The notes: generated by a model from the letters alone, not told the origin. 64,000 bases of DNA from Pecten maximus (GCF_902652985.1 NC_047020.1:7254001-7318000), one strand, 5' to 3'. Counted from the first letter of the stretch, positions 36,731 to 51,460 are shown. Numbers and translations are program-made.

Positions 36731-36883
36731 CTGTCAAAATGTTATAAGGAAATCAAAATAAGTCTTGCAGAGACATTGCTGAAATGCACAATATATAAGT
36801 CCTAAACTTTTATAAAAATAAATGTTATTTGAAACCCTTTGGAATTAACTCAACTAAAGAAAATATCAAATGTTTCTACTGAC

Positions 36884-38625
36884 CTGTCCAACTCTAGTGA
36901 CTTTGACCTTGAACCACTGGCCAGTTGACACGTCCTTGTTGACCTTGATCTTGGTAGTTTGTGATGTGCCGATGTTGAAGGAGAACTGGATATGACCTCC
37001 AATGATTTCCAGGGCTACAAACTTATTTGTAAGGGTAGGGTTGTACAGGAGAAGAGCATTGGTCCTCATAGTAGAAAACGTAACATCGATCAAATTGTTG
37101 TACTGGACGGAGGGGAATAAGAACTTAGCGTAGGAACCTTCTTCAAACCCTACACTTGTGAACTGGCAGTTGTCTCCCCAGTACGTAAAGGGACACAAAC
37201 ATACATGTCCTTCCTGTTGGTTCTTACATGTGCCTCCATTCCTACATGGTGTGTTCCTACAGTGATCGTCTCCATTCTCACAGTGGTCACCATAGAAACC
37301 ATCAGGACACTGACAGTAGTAGGAGCCAGGAGTCTCTATACACTGGCCCACATTACAGGGTTTACTGTTACACTCCAAGACATCCGAGTCACAGTACGTA
37401 CCAGTCCAGCCCGGTGTACAGGCACACACTGGGTTACCAAAGTTATCCTTGACACAGGTACCAAAGTTCTGACAATAATCGCCACCACACATCTCCACGG
37501 TCTGGGTACACCTGTCCCCGGACATGTTGGGGGGACAGATACAGTAATACCCTAGGGTCAGACTAGGGGAGGTAATCACCTGATAACTTGAATCAGCTAC
37601 TGATGCTCCATTACCGACACTGATCTGATTCACACATTGTCCACCTTGGTCACTAGCACAGGATGTTGGGTCACACACTGAGTACCCGACTGTTGTTATG
37701 GTGATCCCGGCATCTGTTTGTAGCTTGGCCTGGTTGTTGAGTATCTTGTCGTTGAGGATGTCACCAAGGACATAGCCACCATCTGTCTTCTGTATGGCAA
37801 CGAATACTAGCGTGTCGTCACCGAGAGAGGTCAGGTGATAGACTAGGACAGTGTCCCCTACAGACAGCTGAGTCATGGAGGTGAGAAACAGGGGATAGGA
37901 ATTCTCCAGGAACGATCGGGGTGTCGTGTTCTCAATCCTTACTATAACTGTATTCTGGAGGGTGTCGTTGTCTATGGCCACCATGTTGATATTCACAGTA
38001 TAGTTAGCGTTAGGAGAATTGAGACCATCCGATCCCGTAACATCTAAGGTATACTGTGATGCGGTTGGTTTGTTTCGTATCCTAAGGTCACATGATTCTG
38101 ATGGAATTTCGAAGTTATTGTTACTGTCACTATGTAACCAACACTGGTACTGTCCAAGGGTGTCTCTGTCAAGGGGGCGGACATCTGCAACAGGCATCAC
38201 AGGAAATGCAGCCTCCATCACAGCAATCTGTACTGCCATGTTCCTAGGCGACGGTGGTTCATCGTTCATATCCTCCACAATCACATGGAATGTTAACGTA
38301 GAAGTTAACCTAGAGGGAGTACCAGAATCTGACACAATCACGGGGATACTGAAATCTAGATTCTGTTCCCGGTCAATGGCTACCTTGGTTTGTACAAGAC
38401 CAGTCGTAGGTGAGATGGAAAAGTTGTAGTCGTCCCCGGCCACTGTAGTGTAGGTATAAGTACCAGAGTTAGGAGGTAAGTCCTTGTCAAATGTATGACT
38501 CAGTAACATCATCACTGACGACCCTTTGGGACTGTTCTCCTTAATGTATCCAACTGGCATGAGAGGGTCAAAGTACGGTGAATTATCGTTGATATCCTCT
38601 AGGGTCACCCGAACAGTGGCCGAAC
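36884..38625 (-). CDS. FAT4: FAT4 exon (last cadherin repeats, EGF repeats, laminin-G 1)
   Basis: DINDNSP, IDRE, multiple EGF Cys patterns, LamG core. Confidence 0.93.
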
Positions 38626-38770
38626 CTGGAATTACAAACAAAATTGTCAACTAAATGGAAAGATGAACAATGTAAGCTAATGATAATGGAGATAAACATT
38701 TAATTAAAATTCAAATCTCAACAGAATGATGTGCTGCAATATGTGACAGATATATAACTGTTGTACTGAC

Positions 38771-40132
38771 CTGTCTGAGGTGGCACGCCCGAGTCTACAG
38801 CACCCACTGTAATGTTGTACATGGCATCGATTTCTCTGTCTAGATTTCCTGAACCAGATGTGCTCACGATTCCTGTCCCAGCGTTGATCTTAAATGCATT
38901 GTTAAGATTCCCTCCTAGAATGGTATAGTAGAATTGTGGATCAGATTTCTTGTTGTCGTTGTCAACAGCAAACACCTGAGTGACACTGACATCCCCTCCC
39001 GAGCCTTCCTTCACGGTCGCCAAGTAAACGCTCTCATTAAACACAGGGGCATCATTGGCATCAGTGACTTTGATGGACACAGTACATTGGTCAGTGTCAT
39101 CACCCTGGACACTGCCCCAGTTCTTGGCCAGGACTTTGAGGTCTATTTGAGGAGAACTTTCATAGTCAGGACGTCCGTTCACAGTGATGAGGCCGGAGCT
39201 GTAGTTTATCTTAAATCCTTTTGTATTACTGGAGCCAATCAGATAGTAGTATACAATACCATCTTCCCCTTTATCGTTGTCACTGGCATGCACACTGCCA
39301 ACCGACGAACCATCTGCCACAGACTCTGTGATGGTGAAAGAGTACTCCTTCTGCATAAAGCGTGGAAAGTACTCATTGACCCCGGTCAGATGGATATGGA
39401 TGTTTGTGGAGCCTTTCATTGTGGTGCCAGGGTTGATAGCCATTACTGTGACAGTGTACAGGGACTGACTCTCATAGTCTAACTGACCCTGGGACCGAAT
39501 GATTCCAGTCGTTAACTCGATACTGAATCGACTGGTATCATCAAGGTGATATTCAATAGCTGCATTGATCCCAGTGTCAGCATCTGTGGCAATCACTTGA
39601 ATCACCCTCTCACCACTTGGAGAATTCTCAGCAATGTAAGCATCATATTGAGTCTGATTGAATTCTGGGACCTGATCGTTAACATCTTGTACATTCACAG
39701 TAAAAATCCTCGATATTTCCTTGTAAAGAAGACCCTGATCCCTAACAGTGATGTTGAGGTGATGTGTTGCTGTCGTTTCAAAATCTAAGGCTTTCTCTAT
39801 TGTAAGGGCACCGTTTACACTGTTTAGAGCAAACAAGTTGTCAGGGTTACCACTGGTAATGCTGTACTGTACTCGACCATTAGGTCCTGTCATATCTGCA
39901 TCTGTGGCAGTTATATTTGCAATCTCTCGACCAATAGCCACATTTTCATCCACAAAGACCTGAAATACATTTGTGACGAACACCGGTGCATGCTGGTTGA
40001 CCCCTGTGATGCGCAGTCTCACCGTGGTAACAGAGGACATGACAGGAGTACCCTTGTCACGCCCCTCCACCATCAGTATAAAGTCAGTGTCCTGTTTATC
40101 AGAATTCAAGATAGCTGCCACCGTGATGAAGC
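38771..40132 (-). CDS. FAT4: FAT4 exon (cadherin repeats)
   Basis: LDFE, LDYE, LDRE and DxND motifs, phase 1-1. Confidence 0.93.
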
Positions 40133-40304
40133 CTGCAAAAACAAATTTATTTTAGATTTATTAGATTAATTTTAGTTCATGGGTTCAAAATTAAAAAAAG
40201 ATATCAGTAAGAATGTTTCCTTTTCAGATTAAAAAGATTTGTAATTAAATTGTTTCATATATAAATGAATCGAAATCTGGATTTAAGTCTTTTTACTTTA
40301 ACAT

Positions 40305-40545
40305 TACCGATAATTTTACCTGTCTGTAATAACATCACTGATAAGTTTACCTGTTGGTACTAGCATCACCGATACTTTTACCTGTCAGTGTTTACATATC
40401 TGATAGTTTTACCTGTCAGTTATAACATCACCGATACTTTTACCTGTCAGTGTTTACATATCTGATAGTTTTACCTGTCAGTTATAACATCACCGATAGT
40501 TTTACCTGTCAGCGTTTACATATCTGAAGTTTTACCTGTAATTCT
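40305..40545. repeat. Degenerate 31-bp repeat carrying copies of the adjacent splice donor
   Basis: ttacctgt at 40316, 40347, 40378, 40409, 40440, 40471, 40502 and 40532. Confidence 0.85.
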
Positions 40546-40577
40546 ATGGAAGTTTTCCTGTATATTGGAAGCCTTAC

Positions 40578-41445
40578 CTGTCCTTTTTTCCACTGTGAAG
40601 TAACCAGAGCCATTGCCAGACACCATGAAGTACTCCACTTCTGCATTGACACCGACATCGAGACTGTCTGTGGCCTGAACCTGAAGGATTCTGGCTCCGT
40701 GTTCTACTGTTACGGGTACAGCCGAGAAGTAACTATCCTTTTCAAATTCTGGAGCATGGTCATTGGCATCCAATATATTAATCTTAACCATTGTCTCTGA
40801 TGACAACGGAGGGATTCCTAGATCAGTAGCAATGACAGCAACTTCCAGGACATTAACATGGGTGGCTGTGATATTCTGCTCATACACGAGTTCGCGTTTG
40901 GAGGAGAGGCCCCCGTTGGTAGGGTTGATCACCACATCCTCAGAGGGGAACTTCAGGGTGTAGTAGACCTCGTTGTTAGGGGAGGTGCGGTCAGCATCTA
41001 AAGCGGTGACTGTCCCTATAGGAGTTCCAGATGACCGACGCTCAGGGAAAGTGAACACTGGATTCTCGGGCTGGAAGACAGGCACCTTATCATTGACATC
41101 CTTGAGATATATAATGACCTTGCTCACAACATCATTGTAGCCATCTGTGGCCTTCACATCTAGCATGTAAAATGTGGAGGTAATATCTTCAAGGTCAAGG
41201 TGACTCTTGGAGGAAATGTTACCACTCAGTGTGTCAATAGCGAATTTGTCGTGTGTCATGGAGTAGGAAACGTTGGCGTTGATGCCAATATCAGCATCCA
41301 CTGTAGTGACCTGTAGTATAAAGACACCCACATCTATGTCTTCATTAATGGTGGCACTGAACTGACGCTTAAACACCGGCGGGTTGTCGTTCTGGTCCAA
41401 GATGGTGATACGTACAGTGGTGGAACCTGTATTGGATCTGGAACC
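40578..41445 (-). CDS. FAT4: FAT4 exon (cadherin repeats)
   Basis: DQNDNPP, DVNDKVP, DANDHAP, phase 0-1. Confidence 0.92.
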
Positions 41446-41601
41446 CTGGGAAGGAAATCAAAACAGATGAAAATGTATATTCCTTTAATACAAGTAAATA
41501 TGTAATCTCTGAACTGTATCAAGGTCCTTTTTAATGAAAATATTTCTTTTTTGATTTGAAAATACAATATATGACTCTTATTAGACTTGATTAATACTTA
41601 C

Positions 41602-42410
41602 ATGATCCACTGCATAGACGATGAGATTGACAGTGTCTGTGACTTCACGGTCTAGCATTGTCCGTGTGCGAATGAGACCAGAAACAGAATCAATGGTGAA
41701 ATTGTTGTTGGGGTCACCACCCTGTATAGAGTAGGTTATCCGCCCATTTTCACCATCGTCAGCATCAAAAGCGGAGACTTTGATGACAGATGTAACGGTA
41801 GGCTGGTTTTCAGAAATCGTGTGGGAGTACACCATGAAGGTGAAGCGTGGTGTGTTGTCATTGAGATCTGTTACGTCTACATTGATGCGGGCATAAGATG
41901 AGAGGGCAGGGTTTCCTGTATCACGCGCCTCCACCCACAGCTGAAAGTTGGACGCCATTTCATAGTCAACCTGGTTACCAACCGTAATTTCACCGGTCTG
42001 ACCATTGATGGTGAAGGTGTTGGCTATGTTTCCCCCAGCAATAAGGTAGATAATGTTCCTCCCGAGCGGAGAGGTAGCCGAGACAGAGGTTAGAGGGGAA
42101 CCACTGATGACATTCTCATCAATCTGGAGGTTGGTGGGTATGTTGTTAAATGTTGGTTTGTTGTTATTTGCTGAAGCTACTGTTACCTCCAGATTCACAG
42201 CTGATTGTCTACTTTCACTGCCCTTGTCAGAGGCCTGGACAGAACACACATAACGGGCACCAGTGATGGAAATGTCCTGAGCGGCAGTGATGATACCGCG
42301 ATCAGCGTCTATTACAAAACGATCAGCATTAGTTCCAGTCAGCCGGTATGTCACCTGTCCATTTGAACTGGTGTCTTGGTCCACTGCCGTTACTCCTAGC
42401 ACAAAACCAC
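41602..42410 (-). CDS. FAT4: FAT4 exon (cadherin repeats)
   Basis: VDYE, DLNDNTP, LDRE, phase 1-0. Confidence 0.92.
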
Positions 42411-42897
42411 CTGAAACAATGGACATCAAATCTATATTATCTCAACCCAAAAACACCACATCGATATCACCTCAAACCAAGGGTACTACATCTTTATTAC
42501 CTCAAACCAAGGGTACTACATCTTTATTTCCTCAAACCAAGGGTACTACATCTATATTACCTCAAACCAAGGGTACCACATCTATATTACCTCAAACCCA
42601 GGGCACCACATCTATATTACCTCAAACCCAGGGCACCACACCTATCGTACCTCAAACCCAGGGCACCATATCTATATTACCTCAAACCAAGGGCACTACA
42701 TCTATACTACCTCAAACCCAGGGCACTACATCTATATTACCTCAAACCCAGGGCACCACATCTATATTACCTCAAACCAAGGGTACTACATCTATATTAC
42801 CTCAAACCCAGGGCACCACATCTATATTACCTCAAACCAAGGGTACTACATCTATATTACCTCAAACCCAGGGCACTACATCTATATTACCTCAAAC
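42408..42897. repeat. 30-bp tandem repeat (~16 copies) beginning at the splice acceptor
   Basis: Unit acctcaaacc(a/c)aggg(t/c)ac(t/c)acatctatatt. Confidence 0.93.
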
Positions 42898-43004
42898 TTT
42901 CTATGTTTTCTCCTGTCAAGAAAATATGTTATAATTGGGCACACTAATATGTAAGTAATATTAGATAGACCATTTGAACACCACTGACGTATAAAGTAGC
43001 CTAC

Positions 43005-43279
43005 CTGCTGGCGTAGGATTGTTGACCACTTGAGTGTAGCTAGGCCGGAGGAACAACGGATCATTATCATTGACATCATCAACATATATCACAATGTCAC
43101 TTGTGGTAAAGCGTGGCTGAGATCCACCATCTGATGCAATGACCTTGAGGTTGTACTGGTCAAGGACTTGTCCAGTGGTGGGGTCAACCTCCTCTCTGTC
43201 CAGCGCCTGTGTGGTTGACACTACTCCGGTGACAGGATTCACCATAAACTTGTTACCAGCAGTGTTCTCCAAACGGTAC
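43005..43279 (-). CDS. FAT4: FAT4 exon (cadherin repeat)
   Basis: ALDREE, DDVNDNDP, phase 2-1. Confidence 0.9.
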
Positions 43280-43369
43280 CTGTAACACAAGAGCAGGTGA
43301 TACTGTCTATACCAAATATATACAAGCCATATAATTCACACTTTTGGTTGACATTTGGCCATGGAAGCT

Positions 43370-43462
43370 TCTTGCCAAATTTCATTGAATTCGGTTCTGC
43401 GGTTTTGAGAAGAAGTCGAAAATGTTAATTGTTTATGACACAATTGCAATAGGTCACCTGAG
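43370..43462 (+). repeat. Fragment of an interspersed repeat (Helitron/Helentron-associated type)
   Basis: ccaaatttcattgaattcggttctgcggttttgagaagaagtcgaaaatgt...aataggtcacctgag; recognised from memory only. Confidence 0.35.
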
Positions 43463-43470
43463 ACAACCTT

Positions 43471-43656
43471 ATAAGCTGACAAAATATCCTATATCATAAC
43501 CTGACAAAATATCCTATATCATAACCTGACAAAATATCCTACATCATAACCTGACAAAATATCCTATATCATAACCTGACAAAATATCCTATATCATAAC
43601 CTGACAAAATATCCTACATCATAACCTGACAAAATATCCTAGATTATAACCTGACA
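43471..43656. repeat. 25-bp tandem repeat, ~7 copies
   Basis: Unit ataacctgacaaaatatcctatatc. Confidence 0.9.
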
Positions 43657-44553
43657 ACAATCTCTTCAACTAGTACTGATGGCAGCTATGTTGATATCAT
43701 CCTTAAGAAGAATATCTAGTATGTATTTATAGAAAACATACATATGTATATGTCTGCACTTAAATCACTTCAAAAATGAAAATGCTTTGTCACAATGCAA
43801 ACTATCAAGTTGAAGATCTTTGAGAAGAGGTCACCAAACAATGCATATACATGACCTAAATGTAAACAGTGTACATGGTGACAATCCCATACATAAACTG
43901 CATAAAAGGTAAACATTTGGACAACTTTGAGTGGATCTGTGTCATTGAGAAACTTGTCATTAGAACAGTCCCACATATTAGACCATGGATTATGAGGAGG
44001 GTGATCCAGCCTATGGTACAAACCCTGTCTGAACAACCTCAAAAACATGATATACTTATTAAGTTATCTCATTCATTGAAATAGTGAATAGACAATTTAT
44101 AGGATATAAATAAATGTATAGGCAGGTACACGATTGTTTATCTAGTGGGGCGGGCTAACCTCACTTTTCGTTGTGTTGATATAAACTAACATCTTTGGCT
44201 CATCCCTGTATTGCAGTCACTAATACTTTCTACTTTATCACCTCATTAAATCCATTCTATGGTCCACACTCATTTTTTTAGTTTTAGTTCAGCAAGCTTG
44301 TTAAAGTAGTCATATTGAATATCTTTTATTCCAATATTTAAAATGCAATCATCATGACAGACTATCAAAGGATAATTTCTTATAGACTTTTAAGGCATAT
44401 TAGCTGGCTCAACCACGACTTCCTGGAGCATGTAGTTTTAATGCAAATTGCATTTACAGGCAAAGATGTGTACGCTTACAGGTCAACAGGTTTGTTATAA
44501 GATTATCTGGTAAACAAAATCCACGTGAGACACAGGACGAGGCTATAACTTAC

Positions 44554-44743
44554 GTGACTTGTCCATTAGGGCCAGCGTCTGCATCAGTGGCTTGTACTGT
44601 CAATATGGTTGTCATTGGGTTCTCATTTTCAAGTATGTGTCCGACATAAGTTCCGAAGTGTTCAAAGATAGGCGAGTTGTCATTAACATCAGCCACAGTG
44701 ACTATTACCGTCCCTGTACCGGTTAATAGTGGACCCGGGTGGT
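44554..44743 (-). CDS. FAT4: FAT4 exon (cadherin repeat)
   Basis: DVNDNSP...ATDADAGPNGQV, phase 1-2. Confidence 0.9.
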
Positions 44744-45837
44744 CTGTAAATATACAATCAACAACCAATAAAACAAAAGGTATTTTTAAATCTGAAGAAA
44801 AATTCTAGAATATATTAAAATCAGAAAGGTGTGCCAAGTTAATGAGATGAATTAAAAATTTGATGAAATAAAATTTCACCTGTGTTCACAAGACATGTTA
44901 TGGATGATCACATGTCACCTGCAGCATAATATTACACAGATTGATCTGTTCCTAACAACAGACAACTGTTATACAGATGATTTTTACATCTGGTTTGTAA
45001 ATTACCTGTCAGGTTAATAAATTCTAAGAACATGAACAACCATAAGACAATTAAAGCTAGGATAATGACACTTTAGATTTTGTTCACATACATCATTTAA
45101 CTATTTTGAGGAATATTAATGCTACTCACAACTAAATTTTACATTGATCAAATTGTAATGACAGGAAACTGCAGAATGTGATCTGTTAAAGCACACACGC
45201 TACTGTATGATAAATAGAGGACTCAAAAGAGTCGAGTGAAAATCTCAGTTTTAGTACTACAGATAGAACAATGGTTTCCTGTATGACATCCCTGGAAGAC
45301 ATTTTGATAAGATGTGCTTCGTGTCCAACTATGAGAAAAGTTCACCTCAAGTAAAGATCTCAGAAACAAAAGCAACATATACGTTCAGTCATTAGCAACT
45401 CTGGTGAGATTTAGAGGAGAGACTTAAGGGGACAAGTCGAGTCCCTCCCCCACCACCAACAACCCCATTCCTCCAAAACCCAAACACTTAAGGTATGTGC
45501 AATGTGTTTCCTACTTGTAAACTTAGATGAGCTGTGTGGTAATAAGTTGTTTGACAGTTTAAGTTGCTTACATCACACATAGACATTTTCTGCCACATAA
45601 ACTACCTGCTCATGAAAGACTTATCAGATAAAAAGATATCAAGTCTAGAAATATGCATGACAATAAAATAGTGACCTACATTCCAGATGATACTGTCAAG
45701 GGAAGCTACGTATACCTAAAGCTACCTGTGTACATTACAGGTATCCGAGGTAATCAAAGTGTAGAGTTGTCTCCCCCTACAATACTGATATGATCAATAC
45801 AGGTAACTAAAATTAATCCTGATTATAACCAAGAAAT

Positions 45838-45980
45838 CAGAAACCTGTATAAACCAGACTTTTGTGTCCCACTAAATAAAGGTATCTAAACATCTGTCTA
45901 AACTGAACACCTAACACAGAAACCTGTATAAACCAGACTTTTGTGTCCCACTAAATAAAGGTCTCAACACATCTGTCTAT
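45838..45980. repeat. 79-bp direct duplication
   Basis: cagaaacctgtataaaccagacttttgtgtcccactaaataaaggt occurs twice. Confidence 0.8.
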
Positions 45981-46884
45981 ATATATATGTGTAGTGTTCC
46001 TGTTGTAATAATGATTTAGACATGTACAGTAGTCTTATATAAATTCTTGTCCTAGTATTACGTCTGGCTTTCATATCAAGCTTTTAAAATTAATTATAAT
46101 GAAAAATGTCCTTGAACCCCATAACCATTTATGTGTATCATTTCCAGACCTAAATTCAAAACCTGTGTGAAGTCATTAATAATAACACATTTTTTGTTTT
46201 GCCCTGTTTAGATAAGAGTCACTTTCTCAACATTTTGTTTAGAAAACTTCATGGTGTTCGTGTCCTTAAATTTACTATACAGCTGAATGTGATTCCATTA
46301 GCCTAGCTAGTCACTCTTATGCAATAGAAACTTGACACTTTTTCAGACCAGTACTATTTTTAATAAGTTAGAAATCTAACTTGGTGAATATTTTGTATGC
46401 TATTTCCCATCCAGTAGAGAGAAGTAAGTCTAGCTCCAAACATTCCACAAAGAGAGGATAAGTAACATCAAACTAGGGCCTCGACACACCTCATTTGTCA
46501 GGATATACCTGGTATTCTAATGGGCATGCTGTCCCCTAAATTTGGACGTAATCTCCTGCATCATTTACTTACTCTGAACACATGATATCCCATTATGTTT
46601 AAAAACAAACATTATGTCACTTTTCCTTAGAATTAAGCTATGCCAAACATTAACTTTGATGTATTACATAAAATACCAATACATTACGTATATTATTACA
46701 AATACACCTCACATTTTGTAACAACTTGGAATTTGAAGAATTTAATTTAACCAAAAATAAATTCATACTATGCAAATGGGTTTATTTTTGCTTTGAAAGT
46801 CAACAAATTGACATTCAAAGAATCTTAATGGCAACACAATCAATTAGGAAATTGCATGTAATAATTATTTATATATACTATATG

Positions 46885-49306
46885 TACTATCATTGTCATA
46901 TTGATGTATACAGTCTACCTACTATCAATATTATATTGATGTATACAGTCTACCTACTATCAATATTATATTGATGTATATACAGTCTACCTACTATCAA
47001 TATTATATTGATGTATACAGTCTACTAGCAATATTATATTGATATATACAGTCCACCTACTATCAATATTATATTGATGTATACAGTCTACCTACTATCA
47101 ATATTATATTGATGTATACAGTCTACTATCAATATTATATTGATGTATACAGTCTACTATCAATATTATATTGATGTATACAGTCTACTATCAATATTAT
47201 ATTGATATATACAGTCTACCTACTATCAATATTATATTGATGTATATAGTCTACCTACTATCAATATTATATTGATGTATACAGTCTACTTACTATCAAT
47301 ATTATATTGATGTATATAATCTACCTACTATCAATATTATATTGATGTATACAGTCTACCTACTATCAATATTATATTGATGTATACAGTCTACCTACTA
47401 TCAATATTATATTGATGTATACAGTCTACCTACTATCAATATTATATTGATGTATATACAGTCTACCTACTATCAATATTATATTGATGTATATACAGTC
47501 TACCTACTATCAATATTATATTGATGTATACAGTCTACCTACTATCAATATTATATTGATGTTTATACAGTCTACCTACTATCAATATTATATTGATGTA
47601 TACAGTCTACCTACTATCAATATTATATTGATGTATACAGTCTACCTACTATCAATATTATATTGATGTATACAGTCTACCTACTATCAATATTATATTG
47701 ATGTATATACAGACTACCTACTATCAATATTATATTGATGTATACAGTCTACCTACTATCAATATTATATTGATGTATACAGTCTACCTACTATCAATAT
47801 TATATTGATGTATATACAGTCTATCTTACTACCAATATTATATTGATGTATATACAGACTACCTACTATCAATATTATATTGATGTATACAGTCTACCTA
47901 CTATCAATATTATATTGATGTATACAGTCTACCTACTATCAATATTATATTGATGTATATACAGACTACCTACTATCAATATTATATTGATGTATATACA
48001 GTCTATCTTACTACCAATATTATATTGATGTATACAGTCTACCTACTATCAATATTATATTGATGTTTAAACAGTCCACCTACTATCAATATTATATTGA
48101 TGTATACAGTCTACCTACTATCAATATTATATTGATGTATACAGCCTATCTACTATCAATATTATATTGATGTATACAGTCTACCTACTATCAATATTAT
48201 ATTGATGTATATACAGTCTACCTACTATCAATATTATATTGATGTATACAGTCTACCAACTATCAATATTATATTGATGTTTATACAGTCTACCTACTAT
48301 CAATATTATATTGATGTATACAGTATACCTACTACCAATATTATATTGATATATACAGTCTACCTACTATCAATATTATATTGATGTATATACAGTCTAC
48401 CTACTATCAATATTATATTGATGTTTATACAGACTACCTACTATCAATATTATATTGATATATACAGTCTACTAGCAATATTATATTGATGTATACAGTC
48501 TACCTACTATCAATATTATATTGATGTATACAGTCTACCTACTATCAATATTATATTGATGTATACAGTCTACCTACTATCAATATTATATTGATGTATA
48601 CAGTCTACCTACTATCAATATTATATTGATGTATATACAGACTACCTACTATCAATATTATATTGATGTATATACAGACTACCTACTATCAATATTATAT
48701 TGATGTCTATACAGTCTACCTACTATCAATATTATAATGATATATACAGTCTACTTACTATCAATATTATATTGATGTATATACAGACTACCTACTATCA
48801 ATATTATATTGATGTATATAGTCTACCTACTATCAATATTATATTGATGTATACAGTCTACCTACTATCAATATTATATTGATGTATACAGTCTACCTAC
48901 TATCAATATTATATTGATGTATACAGTCTAATATCAATATTATATTGATGTATATAGTCTACCTACTATCAATATTATATTGATGTATACAGACTACCTA
49001 CTATCAATATTATATTGATGTATATACAGTCTACCTACTATCAATATTATATTGATGTATACAGTCTACCTACTATCAATATTATATTGATGTATATACA
49101 GTCTACCTACTATCAATATTATATTGATGTATACAGTCTACCTACTACCAATATTATATTGATGTCTACAGTCTAATATCAATATTATATTGATATATAC
49201 AGTCTACCTACTATCAATATTATATTGATATATACAGTCCACCTACTATCAATATTATATTGATGTCTACAGTCTATCTTACTATCAGAATTATATTGAT
49301 ATATAC
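46885..49306. repeat. 35/37-bp AT-rich satellite, 2.4 kb
   Basis: Unit TATTGATGTATACAGTCTACCTACTATCAATATTA, with an internal inverted pair ATATTGAT/ATCAATAT. Confidence 0.96.
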
Positions 49307-49613
49307 ATTTTAATATTCGATAATTTATCTTTAAAAGTTTTATTCAGTTTTAAATTAAGGTGATAATATTATTAAAATCTTAATGTGAAACATAAAATAC
49401 CTACATCCTGTTAAACTGAGATATAAACCGTTACATCACAATAATTCAGTGTCTTTAATATTCGATGTACAAGCTCCTGAGGTAATTGATTATATAACCA
49501 TTTGCATAATACCAATACAAAATATTCAGAGGTATCATTTAATATTTCTAGATGAAGAAAATTTATGAATTATAAAAGCAAATTGAAGAATTTTAGTTAC
49601 TTTTATTAAAGAA

Positions 49614-49748
49614 AACTTCCTCCTAATAACACCTACAGTCAAAGTAAATAGCTCCTCCTTTGTCACTGACCAAGGATAACTCCCTACTAATATCACCTAC
49701 AGTCAAAGTAAATAGCTCCACCTTAGTCACTGACCAAGGATAACTCCT
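49614..49748. repeat. 64-bp direct duplication
   Basis: acctacagtcaaagtaaatagctcc...gtcactgaccaaggataactcc occurs twice. Confidence 0.8.
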
Positions 49749-49917
49749 ACCTTCACCTGGCACAATCCTTCCATTTTTATTTGGGGTCTTGATTTAAATT
49801 GAGAAGTTTTATTTTCCAACATGTGTGGAAAAGTGTGTTTACTGTCAGGTACTGCAGCTGTTGTTTGAGAATTCTGAAGCCCACAGTTACCAGTGACAGC
49901 TATATGGTTTCCTTATA

Positions 49918-50484
49918 CCGTATATCGGGTTTTTTTAGCGAGCGTCTAATTTTCGCTATTTTCGCGACCTGACTCTGTCCCGAATTATAAGATATCGCTA
50001 AAATTTGTCATATTTTACAGTAAGAGCTAGCTCCCTTGTAGGTGTGTTGTCATTAACTGATCACCTGTTTACGCATGCCGTATAGAGGTGTGCTTAATTG
50101 GCCGTGACTGGACTGAACTGTTTTATTCAATACATATGTACTCACAGTTGACCATATGTTTTGTCCTTTGTATATAACTATTTGAAATCATAACGAGAGT
50201 GACATTGCTAAGTGAATATGGCAATGCTACGATTTGTAACCGTTACACGGAAGGACAAAGAAAATCCGGTCAGGGACAGACTTGAGTTTGCTGAAGCAAA
50301 CAAACGTGTACATAAATTATTATTACTGTACTTATTCGTTTTTGTTGTATATGAAATATATGTACGCTAAAATTTGAATTACATGTTGTGAAAACGCTAA
50401 AAATGAAATACGCTAAAAATAAAACGTGTCATTTTGTACAGAAAACGCGAAATTTGGCATACGCTAAAATAACCCGATATACGG
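49918..50484. mobile_element. Tc1/mariner-type MITE (567 bp) with TA target duplication
   Basis: TIRs CCGTATATCGGGTT(T/A)TTTTAGCG; TA at 49916-17 and 50485-86. Confidence 0.85.
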
Positions 50485-50922
50485 TAGTAATATTACTATG
50501 ACTTCAATGTCTATCTTTTATTTGAAAATATTCAGTCATCTGCCTCCTACAATCACTCAAATCTTAATCACACAGTCTGTAATGTACCTGGTCTTCTTAT
50601 AGATCTATATTAAAATTCACCTTGTAATCGATTGCGTTTTAAATGATATTCAAATTCCATAGGTGGAGTAAATTCTGACCTGTTCTTGCCTGTCTGTGTA
50701 TGTTTTACATTCTTAGTGTTTTTAGAATCAATATTTCACACACTTGAGAAGGACACTTGTCATCCTCAATAGCCGTCCTGGCAGAGCGTTGAGTGCTTTT
50801 TGGGGTGAATTTGTTGGATGTTACTGTAGAGTCTGCCACTTATCTAAGCTGTCCTAAGCCAGCCTATGATACAGACTATCAACATTCTCCAACATTATAA
50901 CACACCCCGACCAAATATGTAA

Positions 50923-51460
50923 AGGATACACTCAGAGAATGTCAACATACAGGATATACTCAGAGAATGTCTACATACAAGATACACTCAGACAATGTCT
51001 ACATACAGGATACACTCAGACAATGTCTACATACAGGATACACTCATGTCTACATACAGGATACACTCATGTCTACATACAGGATACACTCAGAGAATGT
51101 CTACATACAGGATACACTCAGAAAATGTCTACATACAGGATACACTCAGACAATGTCTACATACAGGATACACTCAGAGAATGTCTACATACAGGATACA
51201 CTCAGACAATGTCTACATACAGGATACACTCAGACAATGTCTACATACAGGATACACTCAGACAATGTCTACATACAGGATACACTCAGAGAATGTCTAC
51301 ATACAGGATACATTCAGACAATGTCTACATACAGGATACACTCAGAAAATGTCTACATACAGGATACACTCAGAAAATATCTACATACAGGATACACTCA
51401 GAGAATGGCTACATACAGGATACACTCAGAAAATGTCTACATACAGGATACTCAGAGAAC
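50923..51460. repeat. 28-bp tandem repeat, ~19 copies
   Basis: Unit aggatacactcaga(c/g/a)aatgtctacatac. Confidence 0.93.

Noticed and set aside
31786-42253. Alternative-frame and antisense ORFs overlapping FAT4 exons
   Set aside because: Shadows of long coding exons with no independent motifs.
42287-42947. 215-aa and 199-aa repeat ORFs, and similar ORFs at 50939-51564, 46.7-48.9 kb, 57-58.8 kb and 63.4 kb
   Set aside because: Tandem-repeat translations within FAT4 introns.
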